A DNA stretch of 54,051 nt, from the IMG/VR virus record IMGVR_UViG_2049941000_000114; one strand, written 5' to 3'. A program made the translations under genes and the position numbers. The stretch is from an uncultured virus (IMG/VR IMGVR_UViG_2049941000_000114). Lineage: Duplodnaviria; Heunggongvirae; Uroviricota; Caudoviricetes. Shown here one piece after another: positions 9,491 through 19,478 of this stretch. The notes beneath the pieces are model-generated. The model searched no databases. It saw only the letters and a program-made list of their open reading frames with translations, and had not been told where the DNA came from. Position 1 is the first letter of the stretch. The number at the start of each line of letters is the position of its first letter.

Positions 9491-9934
9491 TTAGTTTTCA
9501 ACTACGTTTTTCTCTAAAAACTTCGTCAAAATACGACATACATAGCCACGATCTGTATACAAAACATCGCCTATTTCTTGATATGTCATGCCCTTAAGAT
9601 ACTTGCTCTCGATAATGAATCTGATTTTAGGGTCGTCAATCTTTTCAATCAATTCTGCGACTTCAACACGCAAGTTCGTGTATTCTTCTTGCCTTGCGTG
9701 CAACTGAATAAGCAAGTTTTTGATCTTTTCCTGTCTCGCCGTGTCCTGTTTTACGTTCGGTGCCGAAATCTCAAAGTGACGTTCCGCATACGGAAACTCG
9801 TTCATAGAGCCTTTTACAATGCCATGCTCGGACGGAACGATATATTGCGACCAATAATCAATCTTTTCGTTGATGCGCTCTATCTCGCGCTCTGCCACGC
9901 TGTACTTTTCAAGAACCTCTCTCGTTAAGACCAT
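9491..9934 (-). CDS. Late transcription regulator (ArpU/RinA-like, sigma-70 region-4 HTH)
   Basis: IDDPKIRFIIESKYLKGMTYQEIGDVL HTH. Confidence 0.75.
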   Translation of the reverse strand: MVLTREVLEKYSVAEREIERINEKIDYWSQYIVPSEHGIVKGSMNEFPYAERHFEISAPNVKQDTARQEKIKNLLIQLHARQEEYTNLRVEVAELIEKIDDPKIRFIIESKYLKGMTYQEIGDVLYTDRGYVCRILTKFLEKNVVEN

Positions 9935-10947
9935 TTAAAAACCTCCCCTAAACGGATTGTGTACCGCTGTAACTTCTCCGTTTGTCTTTTTTTCGTCCAT
10001 AATCGCTAATTGTGCCATGCTATCGGCGCTATCGTCGTGTACGTTCTTACCCTCGGCCGTATACATGCTCATATCCTCCATAGCCCGCTGATAATCTGCG
10101 TCACGCTTAAAATATATAAATCCATCGGGTATTTCATCGGGTTCCGGCGTGTATGGCGCCAAAAACTCGTAGTTGCCCTTGATTGCATCTGAATAACCCT
10201 TGATCTTGTCCTCTTTGCTCATTCTCGTCGGCGCGCCTACAGACGTTACGCGGATCCCGTCTATAGCGTTCTCNNNNNNNNNNNNNNNNNNNNNNNNNNN
10301 NNNNNNNNNNNNNNNNNNNNNNNNNNNNNNNNNNNNNNNNNNNNNNNNNNNNNNNNNNNNNNNNNNNNNNNNNNNNNNNNNNNNNNNNNNNNNNNNNNNN
10401 NNNNNNNNNNNNNNNNNNNNNNNNNNAATCGTGCGCTTGTCGTATACCCATCGGCATATCAACCTACGGCCATCGTCCATTTCGTAACAGATCGGCGTTG
10501 ATACGTTATCGCCACCGCCTACAGCGGGGTCTATGACCGCATAGACACGCTTTATAGCCTTGATCTCTACAAGTCCATCAAAGTACCGTAACTCGTCTAC
10601 AGGGAACAGTAAGCCCTCACGTACGTACGGNNNNNNNNNNTGTGAGATAACGCTTTGTAGAGTCCAAAAACAACTGTCCGACACCGTTTCGCTCTATTCG
10701 TGCTTCGCTTGCACCGTTAGTCTTTAACGCGTTAACTACTTTCGGTACCGTGAACTTNNNNNNNNNNATCAAGCGCCGGTATACGCAAGAATTTGTATTC
10801 GGGGTCGTCACCGTACATTCTGCGAAGTCGTTCAAGCGGATCCAATACGTTCCATAACGTTCCGACCATCAACTCTTGGGCGCCATCGTTTTTTCGGTCA
10901 ACCATCTTGTTTAGGTACTCTTGAAACGTTTCCTCCATGCGGACAGG
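9935..10947 (-). CDS. Terminase large subunit C-terminal nuclease pieces, fragmented and partly duplicated
   Basis: VIDPAVGGGD, IERNG and HDDSADSMAQL motifs on gap-separated fragments. Confidence 0.8.
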
Positions 10948-10957
10948 NNNNNNNNNN

Positions 10958-12205
10958 ACCACCGCCTACAGCGGGGTCTATAACCGCATATACACGCTTT
11001 ATGGCCTTTAGTTCCACTAAACCATCGAAATATCGCATTTCGTCTGTAGGGAACAATAAGCCCTCACGTACATACGGCTGTTGCTGATACTTTGCTTGCC
11101 ACTCGGCATTATCAAGCCTTGACCGCATTTCTTTGTAGTATTCCGTCGAAAAACCGTGTAAAACGTAGTCAAAATTGCTTTCGTCGTTTTCGTCAAGCGC
11201 CGGTATTCGCAAGAATTTGTACTCTGGGTCGTCGCCGTACATCCTTCGGAGACGTTCAAGCGGGTCTAACACGTTCCATAACGTTCCGACCATTAACTCT
11301 TGTGCGCCATCGTTCTTACGGTCAACCATCTTGTTCAGATACTCTTGAAACGTTTCCTCCATGCGGACAGGCGATAATGAATGTTGTCTGTCTCTTACAA
11401 GGTCGTCTACGTACAAAAGCCCGTCACTTGATACGTCAATCGCACCCGTCCATGTTGCATCTATACCACGACACGTTATCGTTGCAAAACGATCGGGTTC
11501 ATCAAGCGTTATCGTGAAGTCCTCGGCCGATTTATCGCGTAATAGTTCGTGATTTGGCCAAAAATAGCCGTATATCTCGCCAAATTTGTACTCGCTTGAC
11601 GTCATAAAGTTGAGTAATTCTTTGTAAAAGCCCTTTACAAGCGTTCCGGCGTGACCGCCCATAGCGTTATGGCTGTTCGGATGGCGTAACGCCCGCCAAC
11701 ATAGCCCGAATATGCAAATCGTCGATTTTCCCGTTCGAGACGGTAAACTTACGCCTAAAAACTTGTATTTGCCTTCCTCTAACGCCTGTAACTCCCTCGC
11801 TACAAGCACTAATGACGGTTTTCCCGACTTCGTGTAGCGTCTCGGTGCATAAAACTTTTTCTCGAATGGCCTGTCTTTCTCCATGTAGGCGATAAACGAC
11901 TCAAACACAAAGAACGATTCTTCAAGTATGATCTGCCACCAAAAATCTAATTCCTGTAATTCGGTGCCTGTCTTTAGTCGATACGCGTCAACGGCGTCTA
12001 TCGTCATGCCCTGTACTTCAAACAGCCGCTTTACGTAACTTTTCGCTTTAGCTGTTAGGCTTAAACCGTACTCAACGTCGTGTTCCTCCGTTAAGGCTAT
12101 ATGCGCTAACGCTATGTAGTTATCGTATTGCTCGATAGGCAACATCCCGTCTACCGCCATCGACTCTATGCAATTGACCGCTTCGATTAGTTCGGCACTC
12201 GCCAT
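10958..12205 (-). CDS. terL: Terminase large subunit, ATPase portion
   Basis: Walker A LPSRTGKST, Walker B LLYVDD, GTLW, YQQQP. Confidence 0.92.
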
Positions 12206-12269
12206 GTAAACATATCCTTTTTTGATTTTTAAAAAATTTTTAAATACGCCGTTAGGCGTCGCTTCGCAG

Positions 12270-12306
12270 AAAAAAAGACCGCTACCAACTTTCGTTAGTA
12301 ACGGTC
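12270..12306 (-). terminator. Probable intrinsic terminator upstream of terL
   Basis: gaccg.tac/gta.cggtc stem with a minus-strand T-tract. Confidence 0.5.
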
Positions 12307-12739
12307 GCGTGATTATCGTTATCCTTTTACGCCTTATGCGTAACGCTTATGAAATTTTATATATACTTTGGGTGAGGATNNNNNNNNNNNNNNNNNNNNN
12401 NNNNNNNNNNNNNNNNNNNNNNNNNNNNNNNNNNNNNNNNNNNNNNNNNNNNNNNNNNNNNNNNNNNNNNNNNNNNNNNNNNNNNNNNNNNNNNNNNNNN
12501 NNNNNNNNNNNNNNNNNNNNNNNNNNNNNNNNNNNNNNNNNNNNNNNNNNNNNNNNNNNNNNNNNNNNNNNNNNNNNNNNNNNNNNNNNNNNNNNNNNNN
12601 NNNNNNNNNNNNNNNNNNNNNNNNNNNNNNNNNNNNNNNNNNNNNNNNNNNNNNNNNNNNNNNNNNNNNNNNNNNNNNNNNNNNNNNNNNNNNNNNNNNN
12701 NNNNNNNNNNNNNNNNNNNNNNNNNNNNNNNNNNNNNNN

Positions 12740-13044
12740 CCCTCAACCCGATAATCTAACGGGTACTCGCGTTTAAATTCCTCAAATAACTCGTCGGCAT
12801 CATCCCATCGTTTTCGGTCGAGCAATCCTTGCCAATTCTCGTAATACCAATCGGCTGTATGTACCGCGTGACCATCTGCATACGTGACATTGTTAACCGT
12901 CTTATTCGTGTAGTTATTCGTGATCTGCGTATGGCTATCTCGCATTACTTTAGTTCCGCAATACTCGCAATACATAAACTCTCTTTCGCTATCTATCTCT
13001 AAATCTGCGTTGCATTGTGGACATTTTAACGCTATTAATGGCAT
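12740..13044 (-). CDS. TFIIB-type zinc-ribbon protein (moron-like), runs into a gap
   Basis: KCPQC...YCEYCG; similar to the 45559-46158 product. Confidence 0.75.
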
Positions 13045-13359
13045 ACTACGTAGTTCCCCCTATCGTTGTTTTATGCTTAATAAAACCAAATATCGTTATG
13101 CTATGTATATATCTATGGCCTTTTTATATTTTTAAAAATTTTAATTATGGCCTATGGGTTTAAATAATTTTNNNNNNNNNNAGATTTATTTTATATAAAA
13201 ATTTATACAGGTTTTTGGCCGGTATGATCTAAAACGGGTTTTAAATGGTCAACTATTCGTTAAATGTCTCTTTTGCGAAATGTTGATTTTATCTTTAAAT
13301 GCCTGTAAACCCTGTATTTACGCGGGTTTCAGCGTTTTATATCTTTATGGCCTGTTTAA

Positions 13360-13569
13360 CTATTCGCCATTGTTGGCTGTCTGTCCGTCTGTCAAAGACA
13401 ATTTTGATCGTATATCTGTCAATGTTTTAACCGTTGATTTTATTTCGTTGGCTTTGATTGTTCCGTTCCATCCGTGGCGGTAATTAGCATAGGCAATATT
13501 TAAAATCGGCTGTTTGCTGTCCGTCGCCCTTGCCTGTATTCTTTCCGCGTCTTTTTGTTCAATGTTTTT
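13360..13569 (-). CDS. Putative terminase small subunit, C-terminal fragment, allele 1
   Basis: Manual translation KNIEQKDAERIQARATDSKQPILNIAYANYRHGWNG...; upstream of terL. Confidence 0.5.
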   Translation of the reverse strand, partial: KNIEQKDAERIQARATDSKQPILNIAYANYRHGWNGTIKANEIKSTVKTLTDIRSKLSLTDGQTANNGE

Positions 13570-13648
13570 NNNNNNNNNNGTCTTTAAATGCCTGTAAACC
13601 CTGTATTTATGCGGGTTTCAGCGTTTTATATCTTTATGGCCTGTTTAA

Positions 13649-13858
13649 CTATTCGCCGTTGTTCGCGTTTAGTCCGTCTGACAAAGACAAATTAGATCGT
13701 ATATCCGTTAATGTTTTGACCGTGGATTTAATCTCATTCGCTTTAATCGTTCCGTTCCATCCATGCCGGTAATTAGCATATGCAATATTTAAAATCGGCT
13801 GTTTGCTATCCGTCGCCCTTGCCTGTATTCTTTCCGCGTCTTTTTGTTCAATGTTTTT
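13649..13858 (-). CDS. Putative terminase small subunit, C-terminal fragment, allele 2
   Basis: Near-identical copy of 13360-13569 with many third-position differences, which supports this reading frame. Confidence 0.5.
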   Translation of the reverse strand, partial: KNIEQKDAERIQARATDSKQPILNIAYANYRHGWNGTIKANEIKSTVKTLTDIRSNLSLSDGLNANNGE

Positions 13859-14389
13859 NNNNNNNNNNNNNNNNNNNNNNNNNNNNNNNNNNNNNNNNNN
13901 NNNNNNNNNNNNNNNNNNNNNNNNNNNNNNNNNNNNNNNNNNNNNNNNNNNNNNNNNNNNNNNNNNNNNNNNNNNNNNNNNNNNNNNNNNNNNNNNNNNN
14001 NNNNNNNNNNNNNNNNNNNNNNNNNNNNNNNNNNNNNNNNNNNNNNNNNNNNNNNNNNNNNNNNNNNNNNNNNNNNNNNNNNNNNNNNNNNNNNNNNNNN
14101 NNNNNNNNNNNNNNNNNNNNNNNNNNNNNNNNNNNNNNNNNNNNNNNNNNNNNNNNNNNNNNNNNNNNNNNNNNNNNNNNNNNNNNNNNNNNNNNNNNNN
14201 NNNNNNNNNNNNNNNNNNNNNNNNNNNNNNNNNNNNNNNNNNNNNNNNNNNNNNNNNNNNNNNNNNNNNNNNNNNNNNNNNNNNNNNNNNNNNNNNNNNN
14301 NNNNNNNNNNNNNNNNNNNNNNNNNNNNNNNNNNNNNNNNNNNNNNNNNNNNNNNNNNNNNNNCAATCTCACACACGGAGGGTTTAAAC

Positions 14390-14560
14390 ATGATCGCATA
14401 CTACATTATTTATTCATTACGCAACGACGACAAAACGCGCGAAATAAGCATAGACGCGAAAAACCTTAAAAGCGCAAAAAGGAAAATCGGCAAAAAACAC
14501 AAATACAAAGATGGCCGGATGATAAAAATACTTAAGGCCGAAACCATAGCATATTTTTAA
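14390..14560 (+). CDS. Hypothetical small protein, array gene 1 (56 aa)
   Basis: ACGGAGG RBS at 14375, ATG at 14390. Confidence 0.75.
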   Translation: MIAYYIIYSLRNDDKTREISIDAKNLKSAKRKIGKKHKYKDGRMIKILKAETIAYF

Positions 14561-14573
14561 CGGAGGTTAACAC

Positions 14574-14840
14574 ATGACAATCAAAGAATTAAACACACTT
14601 AAAAAGGGCGATCAAGTTTACATCAATACGGGCGCCGGATGGCGTCAGATTATGACATTCAAAAAAGTCACAACGGTGACAACGTTCGGCAAGCATACAT
14701 TGTCAGATTTAATTAATGACAAAATCGATTTTGACAACGGCAAACAGGAAACACAAGCGATTTGCGAATATACCGACGAACGCGGAAAAACCCGCGAAAC
14801 GTTCATAAACCCGCGCAAATTACACAAATACACATTTTAA
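14574..14840 (+). CDS. Hypothetical protein, array gene 2
   Basis: ACGGAGG RBS at 14560. Confidence 0.8.
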   Translation: MTIKELNTLKKGDQVYINTGAGWRQIMTFKKVTTVTTFGKHTLSDLINDKIDFDNGKQETQAICEYTDERGKTRETFINPRKLHKYTF

Positions 14841-14856
14841 CGGAGGATTAAACACC

Positions 14857-15192
14857 ATGAAAAATTATTTTGACTCAATAACAAGCGACCGAAACGATTA
14901 TTTGATCAAGCAACCTAAAAAGGCCGACGTTTTAAACAACGCAAAAATAGCGGGTAACGTTTCCATTTTGGGCGGTAGCAATAATCGCGCGGTAGTTATT
15001 AAAGACGGTAACACGGTTTATTTACAATCATACGACACGATCGTTTTATCGGTCGATATTTTAACCGGCACGATCAAAAAAATGTGGAATGGCTACACGG
15101 CCACAACACTAAAACACGTCAACGCCTTTTTAAAGGGCTTTAACGGTCAACAATTTAACAAAAAATCATGGGAAAATTTCACGGAGGTTTAA
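14857..15192 (+). CDS. Hypothetical protein, array gene 3
   Basis: RBS at 14840; LQSYDTIV...TATTLKHVNAF. Confidence 0.8.
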   Translation: MKNYFDSITSDRNDYLIKQPKKADVLNNAKIAGNVSILGGSNNRAVVIKDGNTVYLQSYDTIVLSVDILTGTIKKMWNGYTATTLKHVNAFLKGFNGQQFNKKSWENFTEV

Positions 15193-15195
15193 AAA

Positions 15196-15396
15196 ATGGT
15201 AGTAAAAATCGCGTCAAAGGTAGACAAAAACGGCAATACATACGGCCTTATATTTGACACCGAAAAGAAAACATTTAATTGTGGTTATTCGGTCGTAGCG
15301 TGGGGAATTGATTTTCACGCAACAAAAAAAGAGATTAAGCAATTTATCGACTACACACTTAAATCCAACGGTTACACGCCGGTCATAAAACTTTAA
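15196..15396 (+). CDS. Hypothetical protein, array gene 4
   Basis: RBS at 15181. Confidence 0.8.
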   Translation: MVVKIASKVDKNGNTYGLIFDTEKKTFNCGYSVVAWGIDFHATKKEIKQFIDYTLKSNGYTPVIKL

Positions 15397-15414
15397 AACG
15401 GAGGTTAACAGCAT

Positions 15415-16128
15415 ATGAAAAAAACAGGTTTAACAGGATACGAAAACGAATTAAAGAAGATCGAACGCGAACGCGCAAAAATACAGGATTTAACAAAAGA
15501 ATACGATTTTAAAGCGGGCGCGTGCGAACGTTTGAGCAACGTTGAAACGGACGCCGAACGCGAAACGATTTTAAACGATCTTAAAAAAGAAAGAGCCGAA
15601 CGCGACGCAATAAGACAGGAAAACGAAAAGATCAATATAAAAATTAAGTGTTTGCAACACAACGCAATATTAACATTTACGCGCGAAATAATCCCGATAA
15701 TATCGGAGGTTTTAAAACCGTACTATAACAAGCCATTAGGCGAAAAGACCCGCGCAAAAATCCGCGACGAATTAAAAGCCCGCTATAATATAGCGTTTTA
15801 TTTCAAAGACGCGCGCGAAATGGTTTTTGTTTTCCTTAATGATGCCGGATATAGTTACGGCGCGTCAATTAGCGTCTATGCAAGTTACACCACGCCGTTT
15901 TTGACAGATAACAAAATAAATGATCTGTCAACGGTCAATATACACACGTATAAACGGCCATATATAGAAAACGTCGATAAACACGTTAAAGCGCTTTATA
16001 AGGCATACGACGACGCCAAAAAAGCATACGACGATTTTTGCATAAAGGCGGGTATTTATACGGGGTTATCGGTGGACGGTTTAAAGGATATCGACAAATA
16101 CAATCCTAAATTTAACGGCATTATTTAA
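15415..16128 (+). CDS. Hypothetical coiled-coil protein, array gene 5
   Basis: RBS at 15398; 237 aa. Confidence 0.8.
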   Translation: MKKTGLTGYENELKKIERERAKIQDLTKEYDFKAGACERLSNVETDAERETILNDLKKERAERDAIRQENEKINIKIKCLQHNAILTFTREIIPIISEVLKPYYNKPLGEKTRAKIRDELKARYNIAFYFKDAREMVFVFLNDAGYSYGASISVYASYTTPFLTDNKINDLSTVNIHTYKRPYIENVDKHVKALYKAYDDAKKAYDDFCIKAGIYTGLSVDGLKDIDKYNPKFNGII

Positions 16129-16142
16129 CGGAGGGCGAAAAA

Positions 16143-16343
16143 ATGAATAGAACAATATATATAAATTTCACGGATTTAAACGATGAAACACAAGACCATA
16201 TTTTATCACTTGCAATTGAAGATGTTCGAAAAAATGAATTAAAAGAAATAGTCAAAACATACGGAAAAGAACGCGCCGACGAAATAATAACAGAACGCGC
16301 CGAACGTAAAATATATGAATATGATTATATTTTTAATGTATAG
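16143..16343 (+). CDS. Hypothetical protein, array gene 6
   Basis: RBS at 16128. Confidence 0.8.
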   Translation: MNRTIYINFTDLNDETQDHILSLAIEDVRKNELKEIVKTYGKERADEIITERAERKIYEYDYIFNV

Positions 16344-16356
16344 GGAGGGCGACAAC

Positions 16357-16560
16357 ATGAAAAATTATAAATCTTTAGAAATGCAAACAGCATACAAAAA
16401 CGGAGGTTTTCGCGAACGTTTCGCAATGGAAAACGGCAATAAAACAACGTTATATATTAACGGGCATAAAATTTTTAAATTTACATATAGCCTTTATACG
16501 GCATATCAAGACGCAAACGGGGCGACATATGACGCAACCGCTAAACAATGGATATATTAA
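16357..16560 (+). CDS. Hypothetical protein, array gene 7
   Basis: GGGAGG RBS at 16343; start corrected to ATG at 16357. Confidence 0.8.
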   Translation: MKNYKSLEMQTAYKNGGFRERFAMENGNKTTLYINGHKIFKFTYSLYTAYQDANGATYDATAKQWIY

Positions 16561-16574
16561 CGGAGGTTTTGAAA

Positions 16575-16817
16575 ATGAAAAAATATTTTATCGCCAAATC
16601 GGTTAAAGATCATGAGTATTTATACAACAAAGCAAGCGCCATTTTGGTACCAACGGCAAGCGCGCGCAAAATATGCGACGCCTTAAACAATATCAAATAT
16701 CAATTGAAAACCGGCGAAATATGGCACATACACGAAAACGATTTTTATATTGATGATTATATACCGTTTGAAATAAAGCGCGTAACAAATTCAAAATTTA
16801 CTATTTCATACCGATAA
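16575..16817 (+). CDS. Hypothetical protein, array gene 8
   Basis: RBS at 16560; start corrected to ATG at 16575. Confidence 0.8.
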   Translation: MKKYFIAKSVKDHEYLYNKASAILVPTASARKICDALNNIKYQLKTGEIWHIHENDFYIDDYIPFEIKRVTNSKFTISYR

Positions 16818-16831
16818 ACGGAGGTTAAACA

Positions 16832-17119
16832 ATGAATAACTACATTTTTACAGATAAAAACAACAACCATTATAAAAGGATTGATAAAAGGCAAGCGAAA
16901 CGCGCTTACGACGCCGGCAAAACGATTGTTTTATGCCCTTGTAATTTTCGGCCGTTTGGAATGTGGGCGCCGGAGGTAGATATCAACAAAGAGGATTATA
17001 AAACGCGCGGTTATGACCCCGCCGACATGGATTTTAAAAAGCGTTTAATGTATTTCGAATACTACAATTGCACGAACACGGAAACCGGCCGTTATAGTGC
17101 CTTTTATATACAGGTTTAA
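16832..17119 (+). CDS. Hypothetical protein, array gene 9
   Basis: RBS at 16818; LCPCNFRP...YYNC...ETGRY. Confidence 0.8.
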   Translation: MNNYIFTDKNNNHYKRIDKRQAKRAYDAGKTIVLCPCNFRPFGMWAPEVDINKEDYKTRGYDPADMDFKKRLMYFEYYNCTNTETGRYSAFYIQV

Positions 17120-17163
17120 CGGCAAACATTGAAAACAAAAAACATTTACGGAGGTTTAACAAC

Positions 17164-17895
17164 ATGATCACAACAACAACCAAAGAAACACTTAAACAGG
17201 CCAAACAGGAATTAAACAAAATTTTCGATTATATCAAAGAGAATAACGACGCGTTAACAGGTTATACCGATTTAAAACTACATGATGCAAGTTTTTATTG
17301 TTACCGCGATATGCAAAACGATTTTCCGTTATGTTACGCGACATATTCACACAATGATGATTTTTACGACTATTTTTATCGTTTTTGTGAATCGTCGTTT
17401 GATCAATTCACGGAGGATTTAAACGAAAAACGAATTGATTTTGAAAAAACAATTGATCGTATCGGCCACACGTCAAAGTTTTATTGTTACGCCGGCCACG
17501 ATGAGAACGCCGAAACAATGATAAATGATTTTATTTATAGTGAATACGGCGACGAATACGAAATAAAAAACGGCGCGTTTTCATTTTCGCATTATTACGG
17601 CGTTTCTGAAATAATCAACGGTCTGGAATATTTTGTTAAAAATGCCTTTAACGATTTTAAAGCCAAAACAGCCGACGCAATAACAATTTATAAATACATT
17701 GAGGATTTTAAACAAAATCAAATTGAGTATTTCAAAGAGTATTTAACATTTTACGAGGATGATTTAAAAGCCGAAAAAGACGCGGAAACGGCACAATATA
17801 ACGCCGACGCGGAAACGGCGCGCAATATTGCGGATGCGTACAAAATACCCGCCGAAACAATGCAAACTTTAAAAAGCGTTATTTACGCATATTAA
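17164..17895 (+). CDS. Hypothetical acidic, Tyr/Phe-rich protein, array gene 10
   Basis: RBS at 17148; 243 aa. Confidence 0.8.
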   Translation: MITTTTKETLKQAKQELNKIFDYIKENNDALTGYTDLKLHDASFYCYRDMQNDFPLCYATYSHNDDFYDYFYRFCESSFDQFTEDLNEKRIDFEKTIDRIGHTSKFYCYAGHDENAETMINDFIYSEYGDEYEIKNGAFSFSHYYGVSEIINGLEYFVKNAFNDFKAKTADAITIYKYIEDFKQNQIEYFKEYLTFYEDDLKAEKDAETAQYNADAETARNIADAYKIPAETMQTLKSVIYAY

Positions 17896-17910
17896 ACGGA
17901 GGTCGAAACT

Positions 17911-18234
17911 ATGAATAATATTTTATTTAATATGCCCGTTTTACCCGTCGAAAATGAGCCGTTATTTACTTTTGATCTTTACAAAGACGAAAACACCGAC
18001 CACAAAACCGGCGAAAAGTATCATTTATGCGTCATTTCACAATGGAGTGATAAAACCGTTAAAGCGCGCGAAATCGGGCATAAATCCTTTTATATTAACG
18101 GCGCTTTTTCGGATATACGCGGATTTTTTGACCGAATAAAAAACAATGACAACGAAATGAAAAAGATTTTTGATAAATCAGAAAACACGCGTTTATATAT
18201 CACAAAATCGGAAAACTACAAAGTGACATTTTAA
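17911..18234 (+). CDS. Hypothetical protein, array gene 11
   Basis: RBS at 17896. Confidence 0.8.
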   Translation: MNNILFNMPVLPVENEPLFTFDLYKDENTDHKTGEKYHLCVISQWSDKTVKAREIGHKSFYINGAFSDIRGFFDRIKNNDNEMKKIFDKSENTRLYITKSENYKVTF

Positions 18235-18248
18235 CGGAGGTTTAAACC

Positions 18249-18544
18249 ATGAATTTTATTGCGATCTTAAAAACAGACGGGGATTTTTACCCGATAGCAA
18301 ATTTATATACAGATTATGAGACATACAACAACGCGACATTTTCGCCGGACGTCGAAACGGTCGAAATAATACCGTTGTCGATTAAGGGCAAAACGTACGC
18401 CGATAAAAAGAATTTTTTCCGTGATCTTGCTATACAATACAGCAACGCGGATTTAAGCGGCATATCATACGGAGAAACGGCTATAATAACGGGCTTTTTT
18501 GAGAAAAACGCGCGCCGTTTTGGATTGTTAAACGAATTACGCGA
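18249..18544 (+). CDS. Hypothetical protein, array gene 12 (3' end in gap)
   Basis: RBS at 18234; GKTYADKK...SYGE...RFGLLNELR. Confidence 0.8.
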
Positions 18545-18629
18545 NNNNNNNNNNTCCGAAATGCCTACAAAGCTGTCGTAGGTTCATCCATTCGGTTGTA
18601 CCTGTNNNNNNNNNNAAACTGTATAATTT

Positions 18630-18655
18630 AAGGGGCTTTATATATGCCCCTTTTT
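18630..18655 (+). terminator. Intrinsic terminator closing the plus-strand array
   Basis: aagggg/cccctt stem then a T-tract. Confidence 0.7.
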
Positions 18656-18659
18656 ATTG

Positions 18660-19470
18660 TGGCCGTTATCGTTTAGGGTTTTAACGTTGTGCAATTCGGC
18701 GGGCGGTCGTTTCGGTACCTTGACAATTTAACATCAAATAAACTATGTTTAAGATAGTATACTTTTATAAGCCCCTTTTAGGCTTTATTTGTGATACTTA
18801 AAACAGGCGATAAACCCGCGTTAATTTTGGGCGTTTATGCCCTTTTACGGGCATACGTAGACAGGCGACAAAACGCGCCGTTATGATCTTAAAACGGCCT
18901 GTATTGCGTTTTATCATCCTATAGCGTATAAATGCCCGTTTGCGGTCGTTTTGATCGAATACAGGGCAATTTATAACCGCCGTTTATGGCCGCTTATAGC
19001 CGATTTAAGGCCGTTAAAGCCCGTTGATGATATCCGGCACAATAAACCGATTAAACCCCGTTTAAAAGCGTTTAAGGCCATTAAAAATATAGTGTGTTTT
19101 GTTGTTTGGCTTTATCGCATACCCGCGTTTATTTGCCCGTAAAGGCGTTTGAAATGGTTTTAACGTTAAAATATACCTTAAATGTATAAACCCGCCTATA
19201 TGACCGCGTAAACGTGTTTAAAAGCCTGTTCGCGTACGGCGTACAAAATGCCCGCGTTTAGTGTTGTGTGTTGATCATCCCGCGCCAATAGTATAACTTT
19301 ATTAAGTCCGTTATAAAGTACGCTATAAATTGACTTTTACGGTCGGTACTTATAAGGTTTTTAGGTACATTTGTTCGGTCAAAAGTTCTTTGCAAGTTCG
19401 TTGCAAGTTTTTCAGAAATCGTAAAATCGAGTTTTGGCTGTGGAAAATGATAGGGGGGGGGTATTTTTTG
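18660..19470. other. Non-coding block rich in short inverted and direct repeats, ending in a G9 run
   Basis: No credible ORF; hairpin at 18836-18855; CCCGCGTT three times; G9 at 19453-19461. Confidence 0.6.
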
Positions 19471-19478
19471 GTTTACTC

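Noticed and set aside
9935..12205. Intron or intein in the terminase
   Set aside because: All breaks coincide with N gaps; no splicing-element sequence seen.
9186..13858. Apparent tandem duplications (late regulator, terL pieces, terS-like; also adaptor and endolysin elsewhere)
   Set aside because: Every copy pair is split by a 10-N gap and differs by scattered substitutions, which fits co-assembled strains rather than real duplications.
14364..18544. CRISPR array or integron attC array suggested by the recurring ACGGAGG
   Set aside because: The repeat is only about 7-11 nt, is an RBS, and separates full ORFs of variable length; no cas gene or attC-like palindromes.
18555..18605. Copy of about 20463-20511 beside the array, resembling a spacer or DGR template
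   Set aside because: An isolated 51-bp piece between two gaps with no adenine-specific changes; an assembly fragment.
18951..19142. 63-aa plus-strand ORF in the non-coding block
   Set aside because: TTG start with no RBS, lies after the terminator and overlaps the repeats; likely spurious.
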